Positions 29,353 to 38,147 of a stretch of 64,000 bases of DNA are shown here, piece by piece. Positions within the stretch are counted from its first letter, which is position 1, and each line of letters starts with the position of its first letter. A program made the translations under genes and the position numbers. The notes beneath the pieces were generated by a model that did no database searches, was not told where the DNA came from, and was given only the letters and a program-made list of their open reading frames with translations. Origin of the DNA: Fidelibacterota bacterium (GTDB lineage: Bacteria > Fidelibacterota > Marinisomatia > Marinisomatales > TCS55); assembly GCA_016845785.1 (NCBI GenBank), contig JAERSH010000049.1, positions 40,140-104,139 on the forward strand, written 5' to 3'.

Positions 29353-30972
29353 TTAATTGTTTGACCAGTCCGGCGGATCACATTCACAAAATGTGCGAAT
29401 CTGATTTACATAGTTTACAATTTCTTCTCGACTGAGTTTTTCGCCCCACCCGGGCATAAAATGACTTTTATTCATAATCCGCCCTCCAACATAAATGGTG
29501 TCAAATAATGTATCATCTGCCCGTTCACCCATCAATTTTTTATCGGTTAAATCACCGGGCTTTGTGGGTAAAAATTTCGCATTGAACCCATTGCCACTTC
29601 CATTGAATCCGTGACATGCTGCACAGTTTTCAATATATTTATTTTTCGTTGAATAAGGTCGATTTTCTAAAAGATTTAGATATTGAATATTTCCATTGGA
29701 TGTCCGTTGTGCTAAATAAGACTGTAAAAGGGGTAATATTGTTGGGTCCATTTTTGTTTTTGGCATAATACTTTCCGGCATTACCATATGGGGCATTTCG
29801 ATCGCCATTTTTATAAACCCATCTGTTAAACGTTTCCCCACATTACTTAAGCTTGGGCCAATCTTTCCTCCTTGCCCATTTAATTCATGACAGCCAAGGC
29901 AGGGGAGAAAATCGTTTAGCAATCGCTCAACCTTGTTGGATTGAAAATCATATATGTCCGGTAGTTTAGTCTTTGACACTGCACCCCCCATCCAATTGGA
30001 CAATATTTCAATTTCAGCATCTGTTAAATGATAATTGGGCATCCTACTCCCCGTCCCTGGGAAAAACCCGTTGGGTCTAATGGGTGGAGTTTCTTTTAAA
30101 TATTGAGTAAGCCATGCAGAGGGTGTCTTCATCCGTTGATGAGTTAGGTTGGGGGCATTGTGTGTGTCAAACCAATTATCTTCGCCACTCATGCTGTGAC
30201 AGGCCTGACAATTTTGGGATAGAAATATGTCTCGACCTATAGTTGCTGATGCACCGGGATTTGCTTTTTTTGCCTGTTTAAGATTACTAGAAAGGGATTC
30301 ATTTTTCGATTCTGCAACACCTTTTAAATAACCGATCATGGTATCAATATTTTTTTTGTCTGCTTTATTGTCTTCGCTAAAAAAGCTGGGCATAGGTGAT
30401 TCTCGGGGGACGTATGCAGATGGTTTAAGAATTAAATCATAGATCCAATCTGGCTGAAGGCGAACCGCCGCATCGGTGAGATCAGTAGATTTTGCCTGGC
30501 CCAATTCATTTAATGTATGGCAGACAGTACATTGGAATTCATTATGGATCAGTGCAAGTCCTTCTGCATTTTTCTTTGCTTTTACTTTTGAAAGTGTGCG
30601 GTTCTTTGGCAGAGCCTGTCGGGTCATCAGGTATTGGGTCAAGGCCAATGCTTCTCCATCAGAAAAACCAAAATCCGGCATCCGGGAGTTGCCAATATGC
30701 TGGCGCACTTTTTGGGACGATTTTAGATAATCGAAGAGGAATGTTTCATTATACCGTACACCGGCATAGCTCAGATCAGGGGCTCTGTTATTGATTATTT
30801 CAGATTGATCTACACCACTGTGGCAATTGCCGCAGCCCAGTTCGTTGACTAGCTCATTGGGAGGTAAATTATTTTGACCCAAGGTAAAGGAAATAATAAA
30901 AAAAAGGAATATTCTTCGGAAACCATAGCATATTGAATTGCGAATTAAAATTTTGGTTCTCATATTTTTCAT
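29353..30972 (-). CDS. Secreted multidomain class-I cytochrome c (five monohaem modules)
   Basis: Five CxxCH motifs (CGNCH, CTVCH, CQACH, CLGCH, CAACH), each followed by a distal Met context (SRMPDF, SPMPSF, SRMPNY, IMPKT, FMPGWG). The track ORF starts at a TTG (31077) directly after a stop. The signal peptide MKNMRTKILIRNSICYGFRRIFLFFIISFTLG|Q argues for the ATG at 30972 (or 30963). Confidence 0.85.
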   Translation of the reverse strand: MKNMRTKILIRNSICYGFRRIFLFFIISFTLGQNNLPPNELVNELGCGNCHSGVDQSEIINNRAPDLSYAGVRYNETFLFDYLKSSQKVRQHIGNSRMPDFGFSDGEALALTQYLMTRQALPKNRTLSKVKAKKNAEGLALIHNEFQCTVCHTLNELGQAKSTDLTDAAVRLQPDWIYDLILKPSAYVPRESPMPSFFSEDNKADKKNIDTMIGYLKGVAESKNESLSSNLKQAKKANPGASATIGRDIFLSQNCQACHSMSGEDNWFDTHNAPNLTHQRMKTPSAWLTQYLKETPPIRPNGFFPGTGSRMPNYHLTDAEIEILSNWMGGAVSKTKLPDIYDFQSNKVERLLNDFLPCLGCHELNGQGGKIGPSLSNVGKRLTDGFIKMAIEMPHMVMPESIMPKTKMDPTILPLLQSYLAQRTSNGNIQYLNLLENRPYSTKNKYIENCAACHGFNGSGNGFNAKFLPTKPGDLTDKKLMGERADDTLFDTIYVGGRIMNKSHFMPGWGEKLSREEIVNYVNQIRTFCECDPPDWSNN

Positions 30973-31277
30973 ATTTCTGAAAAGGGGAATCTTTAGAGCA
31001 TGCTTTATAGTTGCTTGCCTTAAAATCGATAACCTTCTTTTGGTTTGATTCCCCAAGTTAGGGCTGTTTGCTTTCAATTATGAATTAGATTTTCCTTTAA
31101 TCTTTTCAATACAACCCATAAGAACCGGGATTGCCAAAGCTATTACCAAATAACAAGTCAATACACCGATAAAAAGCGCTGCCCATAAATCCCAGCCTTC
31201 AAAAGATTATCTGGGTTATTACAGCAAATACAATAGCTATATTGATGATAAATCTTTCTGAGCGTTACATCTATTTC

Positions 31278-32018
31278 CTACTTCCTAAGCCTAGCCTTTG
31301 AAAACCGAGATTCTGCAATCTCACTATCAAACTCAATCTCATCAATGACCCATTCCGTTCCTTTGCTGTTCCGTTTCAATTCATCCTTAAATATGAAGCG
31401 GGTGGGGAACCACCTGCCCTGCACTTTTTTGATGCCGTCCATGGTGGATGTTTTTAAGAGCTTACCGCTTTTGGCATACAGTTCTTCCTTCATAGGTAGG
31501 AGATATTCCTTGTCAATCCACGCCCTGCGCATGGGATAGGACAATCCTTTCACTTTTGCCGTCAACAACATAATCCAGTGATCTCGTCCATCTATTTCAA
31601 CAGATCCTTCTAATGTGGCTTCATAGAGTTCCATCAGGGGGCGGTCTTCCATCATATCATTGTAGGACATATCTGAACCCATAACCGATTGCCGCAGCAT
31701 ATGCCCGGAGATCTGAATTACTCGGTCTGTTTGGGGTGAATAGGTCCAGAGTTTATCATCCAGTTTGAGCATCTTTGTCCCTGCTTCGCGAGGGGGGGAA
31801 AGATATTCAGTAAACGCCTTGTCGATACCAACAACCCAGTTCTTGGATTCGATGGTACGGCTGGAGCGCCGTCCATGGACAATCATTTTACTGGTTAGGA
31901 TTCGGCTTTTTGCATTCAGGTTATTGTCCATGGCCCTAATAATATCTTGCACAGACATATCATTAGATTGACCTAGAAGAAATGCAAAAGATAAAATAGA
32001 AATGAGAATTTTGATCAT
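31278..32018 (-). CDS. LolA-like outer-membrane lipoprotein-sorting family protein
   Basis: 246 aa with a signal peptide. The pattern (KSRILTSKMIVHGRRSSRTIESKNWV..., KMLKLDDKLWTYSPQTDRVIQISG, MGSDMSYNDM) fits the LolA-like domain commonly encoded next to FtsX-type ABC permeases. Overlaps the upstream permease by 4 nt. Confidence 0.6.
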   Translation of the reverse strand: MIKILISILSFAFLLGQSNDMSVQDIIRAMDNNLNAKSRILTSKMIVHGRRSSRTIESKNWVVGIDKAFTEYLSPPREAGTKMLKLDDKLWTYSPQTDRVIQISGHMLRQSVMGSDMSYNDMMEDRPLMELYEATLEGSVEIDGRDHWIMLLTAKVKGLSYPMRRAWIDKEYLLPMKEELYAKSGKLLKTSTMDGIKKVQGRWFPTRFIFKDELKRNSKGTEWVIDEIEFDSEIAESRFSKARLRK

Positions 32019-33298
32019 GTTTCCAGTTCCTTAAATAATTGTGCCATTTCCCGCTTGTATATTGCCATACCCGCCAGCATGGTTCCCAGCACTGTAGCCA
32101 AAACACCGGGTATGAATCCAATATAAAAAAGATCAGGTGTAACCTGGGCGTAGAATATATTGGGCGCAACCATTGACGAACTTGAAAGCGCTTCCATTCC
32201 CTTTGTATAATCTATGCCGTTCTCCTGCACGTAGTAGGTGAGAGCAATTCCAATGCCTGTTCCCATAGCCGTCCCCGCCAACCCGATAATTACCGCTTCA
32301 GAAATCATAGAACGGTACACCTGGCCCTTGGACTCTCCAAGCGCCAGTCGCAGGCCCACTTCGCCGTAACGGCGCAGGCCACTCATGAGGCCCATATTCC
32401 ACAGTACAACCATCACCACAACAAGAAAAATTCCACCCATTATAGCCATCATAGCATTACTGATATCCACCATGGACCCCATCTGGTTCCCATCCCGCAG
32501 GGCGAGCATAAAGGGACTGAAAATATCCAGACTATCACTATGGATCTCATTATATTTACTGCGCAATGCAACAGCTGCTTCATCATCATAATATAATGAA
32601 TGGGCAAAACCGAAAATAGCTGAAGCGGCGTTATCCATATCCAATGCAGCGCGGGCGCCGGATAGATCAACAAGCATCATTTGTTTATCAGTCTGTCCCT
32701 TGCGCAAGTTAAAGGTTCCTATAATAGTGAAATTGTAGGTTGTAAATGCGTTGTCCATGGTTGAGCCGATGAAAGTGACCTGTTCACCAGCTTGTATATT
32801 CAGTTGATCTGCCAGTTTTGAACTGATAAGGGCATCATCTCTGTTTTCAGGCAGTCTGCCACTCACCAGAGATCGTTCCAATTCCCAGATTTCTACTTCT
32901 CGAGATTCATCAGAAAAGAAATCTATACCAAGCGCAAGGACCGGGCCTTGCGCTTTTGTTTCGCCATTTTCGTCTGGAACATCCAAAAGGCCCGCAAACG
33001 TGATGCGTGGCGACCAGAAAAATTCCGGATAATCCTGTTCCAGATTATTAATCAACTGGTCAACATCCAGCAAGGCCAGATCGTTGGGCATAAGCTGGCT
33101 CTCTTCATTATAGGCCCGGGTCACCACTTTTTCATGGCCCGTCAGTATCACTGCCGTATCAAGCAGCAGGCTGTTCATTGTTCCCTTCATGAAGCCGATT
33201 GAAAAAATTACCAGTGTGACTGTAAGGGTAATGACCAAAACAGGAAACAGACTGCGGGAACGGTCTCGAAGCAATCCTTTGGTTAAAAATCTAATCAT
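32015..33298 (-). CDS. ABC transporter permease, FtsX/MacB/LolC-like
   Basis: 427 aa with an N-terminal TM, a large extracytoplasmic domain and three C-terminal TM helices (the FtsX fold pattern). Overlaps neighbours by 4 nt. Confidence 0.8.
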   Translation of the reverse strand: MIRFLTKGLLRDRSRSLFPVLVITLTVTLVIFSIGFMKGTMNSLLLDTAVILTGHEKVVTRAYNEESQLMPNDLALLDVDQLINNLEQDYPEFFWSPRITFAGLLDVPDENGETKAQGPVLALGIDFFSDESREVEIWELERSLVSGRLPENRDDALISSKLADQLNIQAGEQVTFIGSTMDNAFTTYNFTIIGTFNLRKGQTDKQMMLVDLSGARAALDMDNAASAIFGFAHSLYYDDEAAVALRSKYNEIHSDSLDIFSPFMLALRDGNQMGSMVDISNAMMAIMGGIFLVVVMVVLWNMGLMSGLRRYGEVGLRLALGESKGQVYRSMISEAVIIGLAGTAMGTGIGIALTYYVQENGIDYTKGMEALSSSSMVAPNIFYAQVTPDLFYIGFIPGVLATVLGTMLAGMAIYKREMAQLFKELET

Positions 33299-34470
33299 GC
33301 CACCACCTTGCCCCGCAGGGCATCTGTGGGCTGCATACGGGATATACGCCGGGAAGGGATATAGCTCACAATTAGAACAACCACCGAAACAAGTACAGTC
33401 GTTGACACAATAAGGCCTATGGTATAAATCGGCATAAGGCGCTTGGCCATAATCATCCCCATTTCCGAGTAATCAATGGGCAGTGGAATTCCGTTAGCAC
33501 CAAAATACCATAGTATGGGGCCAAAAAAGATCAATGTTGCCACTGCTGCCAGCACTGCGTTAAGCCCTCCTTCAAGGGTGAATAATCCCACGACCCTTTG
33601 GCGGGTCATGCCTATGGCCATCAGTGTGCCGATCTCTCTCCCCCGGCGGAAGATAGACAATACCTGGGCATTAAAGATGCCCATAGCGGCCAGGGCTAAT
33701 ATAATCATATACATAATGATGGCGCCCGGTTTGTCTGCTTCGATGATGGCCTCCATGTCCTGCACCAGATAATTGATATCACGGGGAATCCAGCCTCCCT
33801 TGTCTTGAACTGTTGGAAGACCTTTTTCATAAGTCACATAGGTGGCTTCTTGTTCCATGGCCAGCATGGTCTGTGCTTTTTTTAGCGGTATCCAAATATG
33901 CCCCATATCCAGTTTGAAATTCTCCGTATCCATTATATGTACCACCGTACCTTCATCTGCATCATAGGTGCGGTCTGCATCCAGCCAGCGGATGGTAAAA
34001 ACATCACCCACTTTCAGCTTGGTATCACTGGCCATTCCTTTTCCGATCAGCACCGGAATGGAAATATCGTCATGTCCCGCAAGTGCGCCGGTGGGCATAT
34101 TTACAATATTTTGATCTGGCGGAATGCCTTTCATAATGGCCGGCATGATGCGACCGCCGGGATAGATGGATGCCTGGCTTACCAAAACCGGAAACGCTTT
34201 TTTCTGATCCACAAGAGATTGTATTTCTGCAGGTAAAGCAGAATGCGCATCTTCAAATTTCATGGGATCCAGTGGGTCATATTCCGGATGCCAGTAGGCT
34301 CCACCGGCAATCTCTGTATCCATGGTTACCTGTTTGGCGTGTTGGAGCATGCCATCGTACATGGCCGACATGAACAGGATTAGGAAAAATGAAAAAGCGG
34401 TTACAAGTACATTCAGAAAAGTGCGAAGTCTGGCACCCAAGAGATTTTTCAGTGCAATTTTAAAAAGCAT
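33295..34470 (-). CDS. ABC transporter permease, FtsX/MacB/LolC-like
   Basis: 391 aa with the same topology as the adjacent permease, plus an FtsX C-terminal segment (TLMAIGMTRQRVVGLFTLEGGL). Confidence 0.8.
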   Translation of the reverse strand: MLFKIALKNLLGARLRTFLNVLVTAFSFFLILFMSAMYDGMLQHAKQVTMDTEIAGGAYWHPEYDPLDPMKFEDAHSALPAEIQSLVDQKKAFPVLVSQASIYPGGRIMPAIMKGIPPDQNIVNMPTGALAGHDDISIPVLIGKGMASDTKLKVGDVFTIRWLDADRTYDADEGTVVHIMDTENFKLDMGHIWIPLKKAQTMLAMEQEATYVTYEKGLPTVQDKGGWIPRDINYLVQDMEAIIEADKPGAIIMYMIILALAAMGIFNAQVLSIFRRGREIGTLMAIGMTRQRVVGLFTLEGGLNAVLAAVATLIFFGPILWYFGANGIPLPIDYSEMGMIMAKRLMPIYTIGLIVSTTVLVSVVVLIVSYIPSRRISRMQPTDALRGKVVA

Positions 34471-34472
34471 CC

Positions 34473-35186
34473 CTAATCGCGGGCCTTGGGATTATCAATT
34501 ATTTCATCTTCAGTTATTTCACCGTCATCCAGATGAATAATGCGCCTCAGATAGGCCATGATTTTTTCATCATGAGTGGCAAAGATGAAAGAAGTGGACA
34601 ATTCTTGATTTAATCGTACCAGAATTTTCATAATATGATGAGAATTCTCTGCGTCCAGGTTGGCCGTGGGTTCATCGGCCAGTACCAGTGCAGGCTGATG
34701 TACAATTGCCCGTGCAATAGCCGTCCGTTGACATTCACCACCGCTTAACATATTGGGTCGGGAATCCATTTTATCTGTTAGGCCGACTGATTCGACAGCC
34801 TGCTCTACCATCGATCTTCGTTCATCTGTATCCATTTTATTTAAAATCAATGGCAGTTCTACATTTTCAAAAACCGTATAAACAGGAAGCAGGTTATAGC
34901 TCTGGAAAATAAAGCCCATGTACTTACGCCGGAGACGGGCCCGCTCTCCATGGGATGTGTCATTTAGAGCTTGGCCCAGTACACTTACCTTCCCTTTGGT
35001 GGGGGAATCCAGACCACCGATAATGTTCAGCAATGTGGTTTTTCCTGATCCTGATGGCCCTATCAAGCCGGTGAATTCGCCTTTATTTATGGTCAGGGAC
35101 AAATCCTTGAGCGCAGTGAAAAAATCTCCGCCCACCGGAAACTGCTTAACCAGATTTTGAATAGTAACTACGGAATCATTTGTCAT
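34473..35186 (-). CDS. ABC transporter ATP-binding protein (LolD/MacB-type)
   Basis: 237 aa with Walker A GPSGSGKTTLLN, signature LSGGECQRTAIARA and Walker B LVLADEPTANLD. Confidence 0.93.
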   Translation of the reverse strand: MTNDSVVTIQNLVKQFPVGGDFFTALKDLSLTINKGEFTGLIGPSGSGKTTLLNIIGGLDSPTKGKVSVLGQALNDTSHGERARLRRKYMGFIFQSYNLLPVYTVFENVELPLILNKMDTDERRSMVEQAVESVGLTDKMDSRPNMLSGGECQRTAIARAIVHQPALVLADEPTANLDAENSHHIMKILVRLNQELSTSFIFATHDEKIMAYLRRIIHLDDGEITEDEIIDNPKARD

Positions 35187-35194
35187 GTTTTATC

Positions 35195-36286
35195 CTAATG
35201 ATTATATACGAACATAAATTGAAATCCCCGGCCGAAACCGACAGAAGATTCCGGTGAATAGTCTGAAGCAAGACCGTATTCACTTCGGTACGGGTTCAGA
35301 GATAAGATAAAATTTAAACTAAAGCTGTCATAAGTCACACTCCAACGTATATAATTGTATGCGCGGTTTTTTGTCCAATCCTGCTGGCTTATATACATTA
35401 TTTGGTGAATCATGCCAATCGGCAGCATAGCCATAATTGCGCTATAATTATTGGAAGATGTATCTAAGGATGTTTCTGAATCAACATACATGGCTTCCGC
35501 CATGACCATTATTCCGCTGCCAATCGGAAGTGTATAATCGGCACCAATGGTCAACATCCCGATGCGCGATTGGTCAGCTGAAATCAGTGCACTTTCATTC
35601 CATAGTCCAATCAAGCCGTCATACCTGAAATCAACAGCATAGCGGTTATGTCTTTCATTTATCATTACGCCTGACTGCCCGATCATTCGAACTGAATCTC
35701 CCGGATCATGGTGAATTGTTAATCCCCATTCTCCAATTCTAGTTGAGAATTCTGCCCTGCCTCCAGGGGACAGGTAATTGTTTTCATCCCAGATTGCCCA
35801 ACCCCAAAATGACGATGTATTGGATCGGAACCATCGTAGTCGAAGAGCGCTTACACCGTCGGTTTGTCCCTTTGCATCAGTCAAATCGTAGGTATCAAAC
35901 CATGACAGGGGGCGTAATACCTGGGAGGGCCCAAAAATAATCTTTTGCAACCCCGCGCGAGCATCAAGTGTTTCGGAAGCATAGCGCACCCAAAGTCTAT
36001 GGTTCTGGTAATATTCTGACAGCAGTGTACCGCCAGTAAATGTGTTAACCGTGCGGTAGCCCCATTCCGCATCCAACAGCCTATTGTCCCCAAAGTCCTT
36101 CCCGACTGATAATGTTGGGATATAGCCCGCTATGGATTCGTAGGCAGACTGTCCCGCCGCCGCATCATTCCCCGCATAAACGCTAGCCCAAAATTGACCT
36201 TTTATATCTATCTGGGCAGGTGCAGCTTCTGAACAAATGAAAAGGAATAGTCCGGCAATCAGGACACCATTAATTATGCTTTGCAT
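35195..36286 (-). CDS. Hypothetical secreted protein, probable outer-membrane beta-barrel
   Basis: Signal peptide MQSIINGVLIAGLFLFICSEAAPA|Q (ATG at 36286; the track start at 36370 adds an unlikely extension). The sequence has alternating hydrophobic, aromatic-rich character throughout and an aromatic-rich C-terminus (FQFMFVYNH). Confidence 0.45.
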   Translation of the reverse strand: MQSIINGVLIAGLFLFICSEAAPAQIDIKGQFWASVYAGNDAAAGQSAYESIAGYIPTLSVGKDFGDNRLLDAEWGYRTVNTFTGGTLLSEYYQNHRLWVRYASETLDARAGLQKIIFGPSQVLRPLSWFDTYDLTDAKGQTDGVSALRLRWFRSNTSSFWGWAIWDENNYLSPGGRAEFSTRIGEWGLTIHHDPGDSVRMIGQSGVMINERHNRYAVDFRYDGLIGLWNESALISADQSRIGMLTIGADYTLPIGSGIMVMAEAMYVDSETSLDTSSNNYSAIMAMLPIGMIHQIMYISQQDWTKNRAYNYIRWSVTYDSFSLNFILSLNPYRSEYGLASDYSPESSVGFGRGFQFMFVYNH

Positions 36287-37043
36287 CGCTGCGCCAAATA
36301 AAATCCAGTGCGGGGAACAAATGCGCCTGAGCCCCAAACGGATATTCTCCTGCAATAAGTTTATAGCCAAAATGAATTTGGAGTTTTGGGCTTTTCGTCC
36401 AAACTATTAACCCTTTTTGTTCAAAGGAATATCGGCCCGCTCCGCCCGGCATAATATACATGTCATAATCCACGATGTAGGACCATTGTTCTTTAAATTG
36501 CCGCAAATATTCTCCGCCAGATTTTATAATAAACCCATTATAATAAACGGAAAAGCGGGAATAAAACCCTGGAAGGTCAATGGTGGATCGACCATCCAAT
36601 TTTTCGCCACCCAATGCAAATCCGGCGCCACTGTAGAGTGAAATCTGTCCTGCCCAAGGGGATCCGGTTGTGCCAATCATTTCACCATATAATGAAATCA
36701 TATGGGGAATGTCGAATTCAGGTGAAATCAGAGCAAACATATCCGGTTCACCCAGTTTCATTCCTAATGGACTTTGAAGCCACTTCATACCCATGGTAGG
36801 ATATTCCACCCGAAATATTCTGGCTCTTTGCCAATTGCCAAACATGGTCTGCTCTTGCTTAATCCCAATACTGGGCATAAGTACAAATTTATTGATAATG
36901 AGTTCTGAGCCATTGTTCAGGCCCATCCGATATGGCGTGAATAAGCCAATCTCTTTTTGGCCCACACCCATGTTGGTAGCTGTATTCCCGCTCCACTGAC
37001 CAACAACAATTGAGACCAAGATGATGGGTAAAACCCTTTTCAT
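36270..37043 (-). CDS. Hypothetical secreted protein, possible outer-membrane protein
   Basis: Signal peptide MKRVLPIILVSIVVG|Q (ATG at 37043). Beta-rich, Gly/aromatic-rich sequence with no known motif recognised. Confidence 0.45.
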   Translation of the reverse strand: MKRVLPIILVSIVVGQWSGNTATNMGVGQKEIGLFTPYRMGLNNGSELIINKFVLMPSIGIKQEQTMFGNWQRARIFRVEYPTMGMKWLQSPLGMKLGEPDMFALISPEFDIPHMISLYGEMIGTTGSPWAGQISLYSGAGFALGGEKLDGRSTIDLPGFYSRFSVYYNGFIIKSGGEYLRQFKEQWSYIVDYDMYIMPGGAGRYSFEQKGLIVWTKSPKLQIHFGYKLIAGEYPFGAQAHLFPALDFIWRSDAKHN

Positions 37044-38119
37044 TTCACCATCCAATCGGCAGTGACCGGGATATGGTCTGATAACGATGTGGCACCTTGA
37101 TGGGTCGTGCCGTTGTTCCAGTTTGTGTTAGTCCATAGGTAATCCAGCTTCCGATCCAATTGTAACCTATCAAAGGGGCTGTGTGTATAATGCTGGCCTT
37201 CTTGTTCTCCATATTCTGATAATGAAATTGCCGGTGTATAGGTTTGATAGAGCGAACTGAGCCATGTAATCTCTGGCGCAAAATAGGCCCCTTCTTTATG
37301 ATTCGACTCTCCGCCCGTATGATAGGATTCACCACTGCATTGATCTTCAATACAATAATCCAATTTTGATGCGTTAGGCGGTAGTGCGTTCAAGTCGCCA
37401 CCGGCTACAAAGTTTTTACCTTCGGCAACAATACCATCCAATATATCCTTAAAACCTGTGATATGTTTTTGTTTGGTGTCATCCGTGGCAAAGGCAGTAA
37501 GGTGGGTGTTTACTGCATAGAATGAATTGCCGGGCATAACCACTTTTGCTTTTAATACGTTTCGACGCAGATAGAAATATTGTGTGAGGCCGTCTTGGTC
37601 GCTTCGAAGAGGCAATTGATGTCGTTCTGCATCTTTCAATTCCCATTTGGATAAGGTCAGGTTTCCTGTATTGACTCGACCCAAGCCATCCGCCAAGATT
37701 ACCTGGGCTTCCCACATGGAACCATAGGCGCCATAATTCAAATCTGTATGATCTAAAAGCCATTGGGCTTGATCGATATAGGCGGTTTTTTTTGACTGCA
37801 CATCCACTTCTTGCAAGAGAACAATATCTGGATCTTCTGCATTAATCTTGGCAGCCAACCCTTCCAATCCTTTAACCACTTCTGATTTGCCCAGGATGGC
37901 GCGATCGCCGCACCCATCTCCAAAGAAATCTAGTCGGGCTACACCAAAGCGGATATTCCACGTCATTACTTTAATGCTTTTTTTCGCCTCTGCATTTTTA
38001 ATGTTGCTTGCCCGATACATGACTGCATCTTCTATATCAGCAAATTGGTTCACCAGCGGATCGCAGGATGTGAGAAGCATCCCTGCGGTAATAGATAGTA
38101 TATATTTGAAGTAGTATTT
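37040..38119 (-). CDS. Endonuclease/exonuclease/phosphatase (EEP) family lipoprotein
   Basis: EEP motifs VMTWNIRFG, VLLQEVD, GGDLNA, SDHIPV. Lipoprotein signal MKYYFKYILSITAGMLLTSC (ATG at 38119; the track start at 38173 overlaps the upstream gene). Confidence 0.8.
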   Translation of the reverse strand, partial: KYYFKYILSITAGMLLTSCDPLVNQFADIEDAVMYRASNIKNAEAKKSIKVMTWNIRFGVARLDFFGDGCGDRAILGKSEVVKGLEGLAAKINAEDPDIVLLQEVDVQSKKTAYIDQAQWLLDHTDLNYGAYGSMWEAQVILADGLGRVNTGNLTLSKWELKDAERHQLPLRSDQDGLTQYFYLRRNVLKAKVVMPGNSFYAVNTHLTAFATDDTKQKHITGFKDILDGIVAEGKNFVAGGDLNALPPNASKLDYCIEDQCSGESYHTGGESNHKEGAYFAPEITWLSSLYQTYTPAISLSEYGEQEGQHYTHSPFDRLQLDRKLDYLWTNTNWNNGTTHQGATSLSDHIPVTADWMVK

Positions 38120-38147
38120 CATTGGCGTCCCCAATGGGGATTTCAAT

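Noticed and set aside
30973-31077. N-terminal extensions in the ORF track: 29353-31077, 35195-36370, 37040-38173, 36270-37055, 39297-40724, 57308-58897 and 42419-42916.
   Set aside because: The extensions start at non-ATG codons or overlap upstream genes and precede clear signal peptides or lipoboxes. Internal ATGs (30972, 36286, 38119, 37043, 39381, 57428, 42904) give canonical exported N-termini, and at 39381 a GGAG RBS as well.
31081-31260. Hydrophobic reading frame upstream of the cytochrome c gene (minus strand): ...EGWDLWAALFIGVLTCYLVIALAIPVLMGCIEKIKGKSNS*. A second hydrophobic stretch (IINIAIVFAVITQIIF*) lies in another frame just upstream.
   Set aside because: No usable start codon precedes the hydrophobic segment, and the two pieces are in different frames. 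At best it is a decayed remnant of a small two-TM gene. It cannot be supported as a CDS or pseudogene without homologues.
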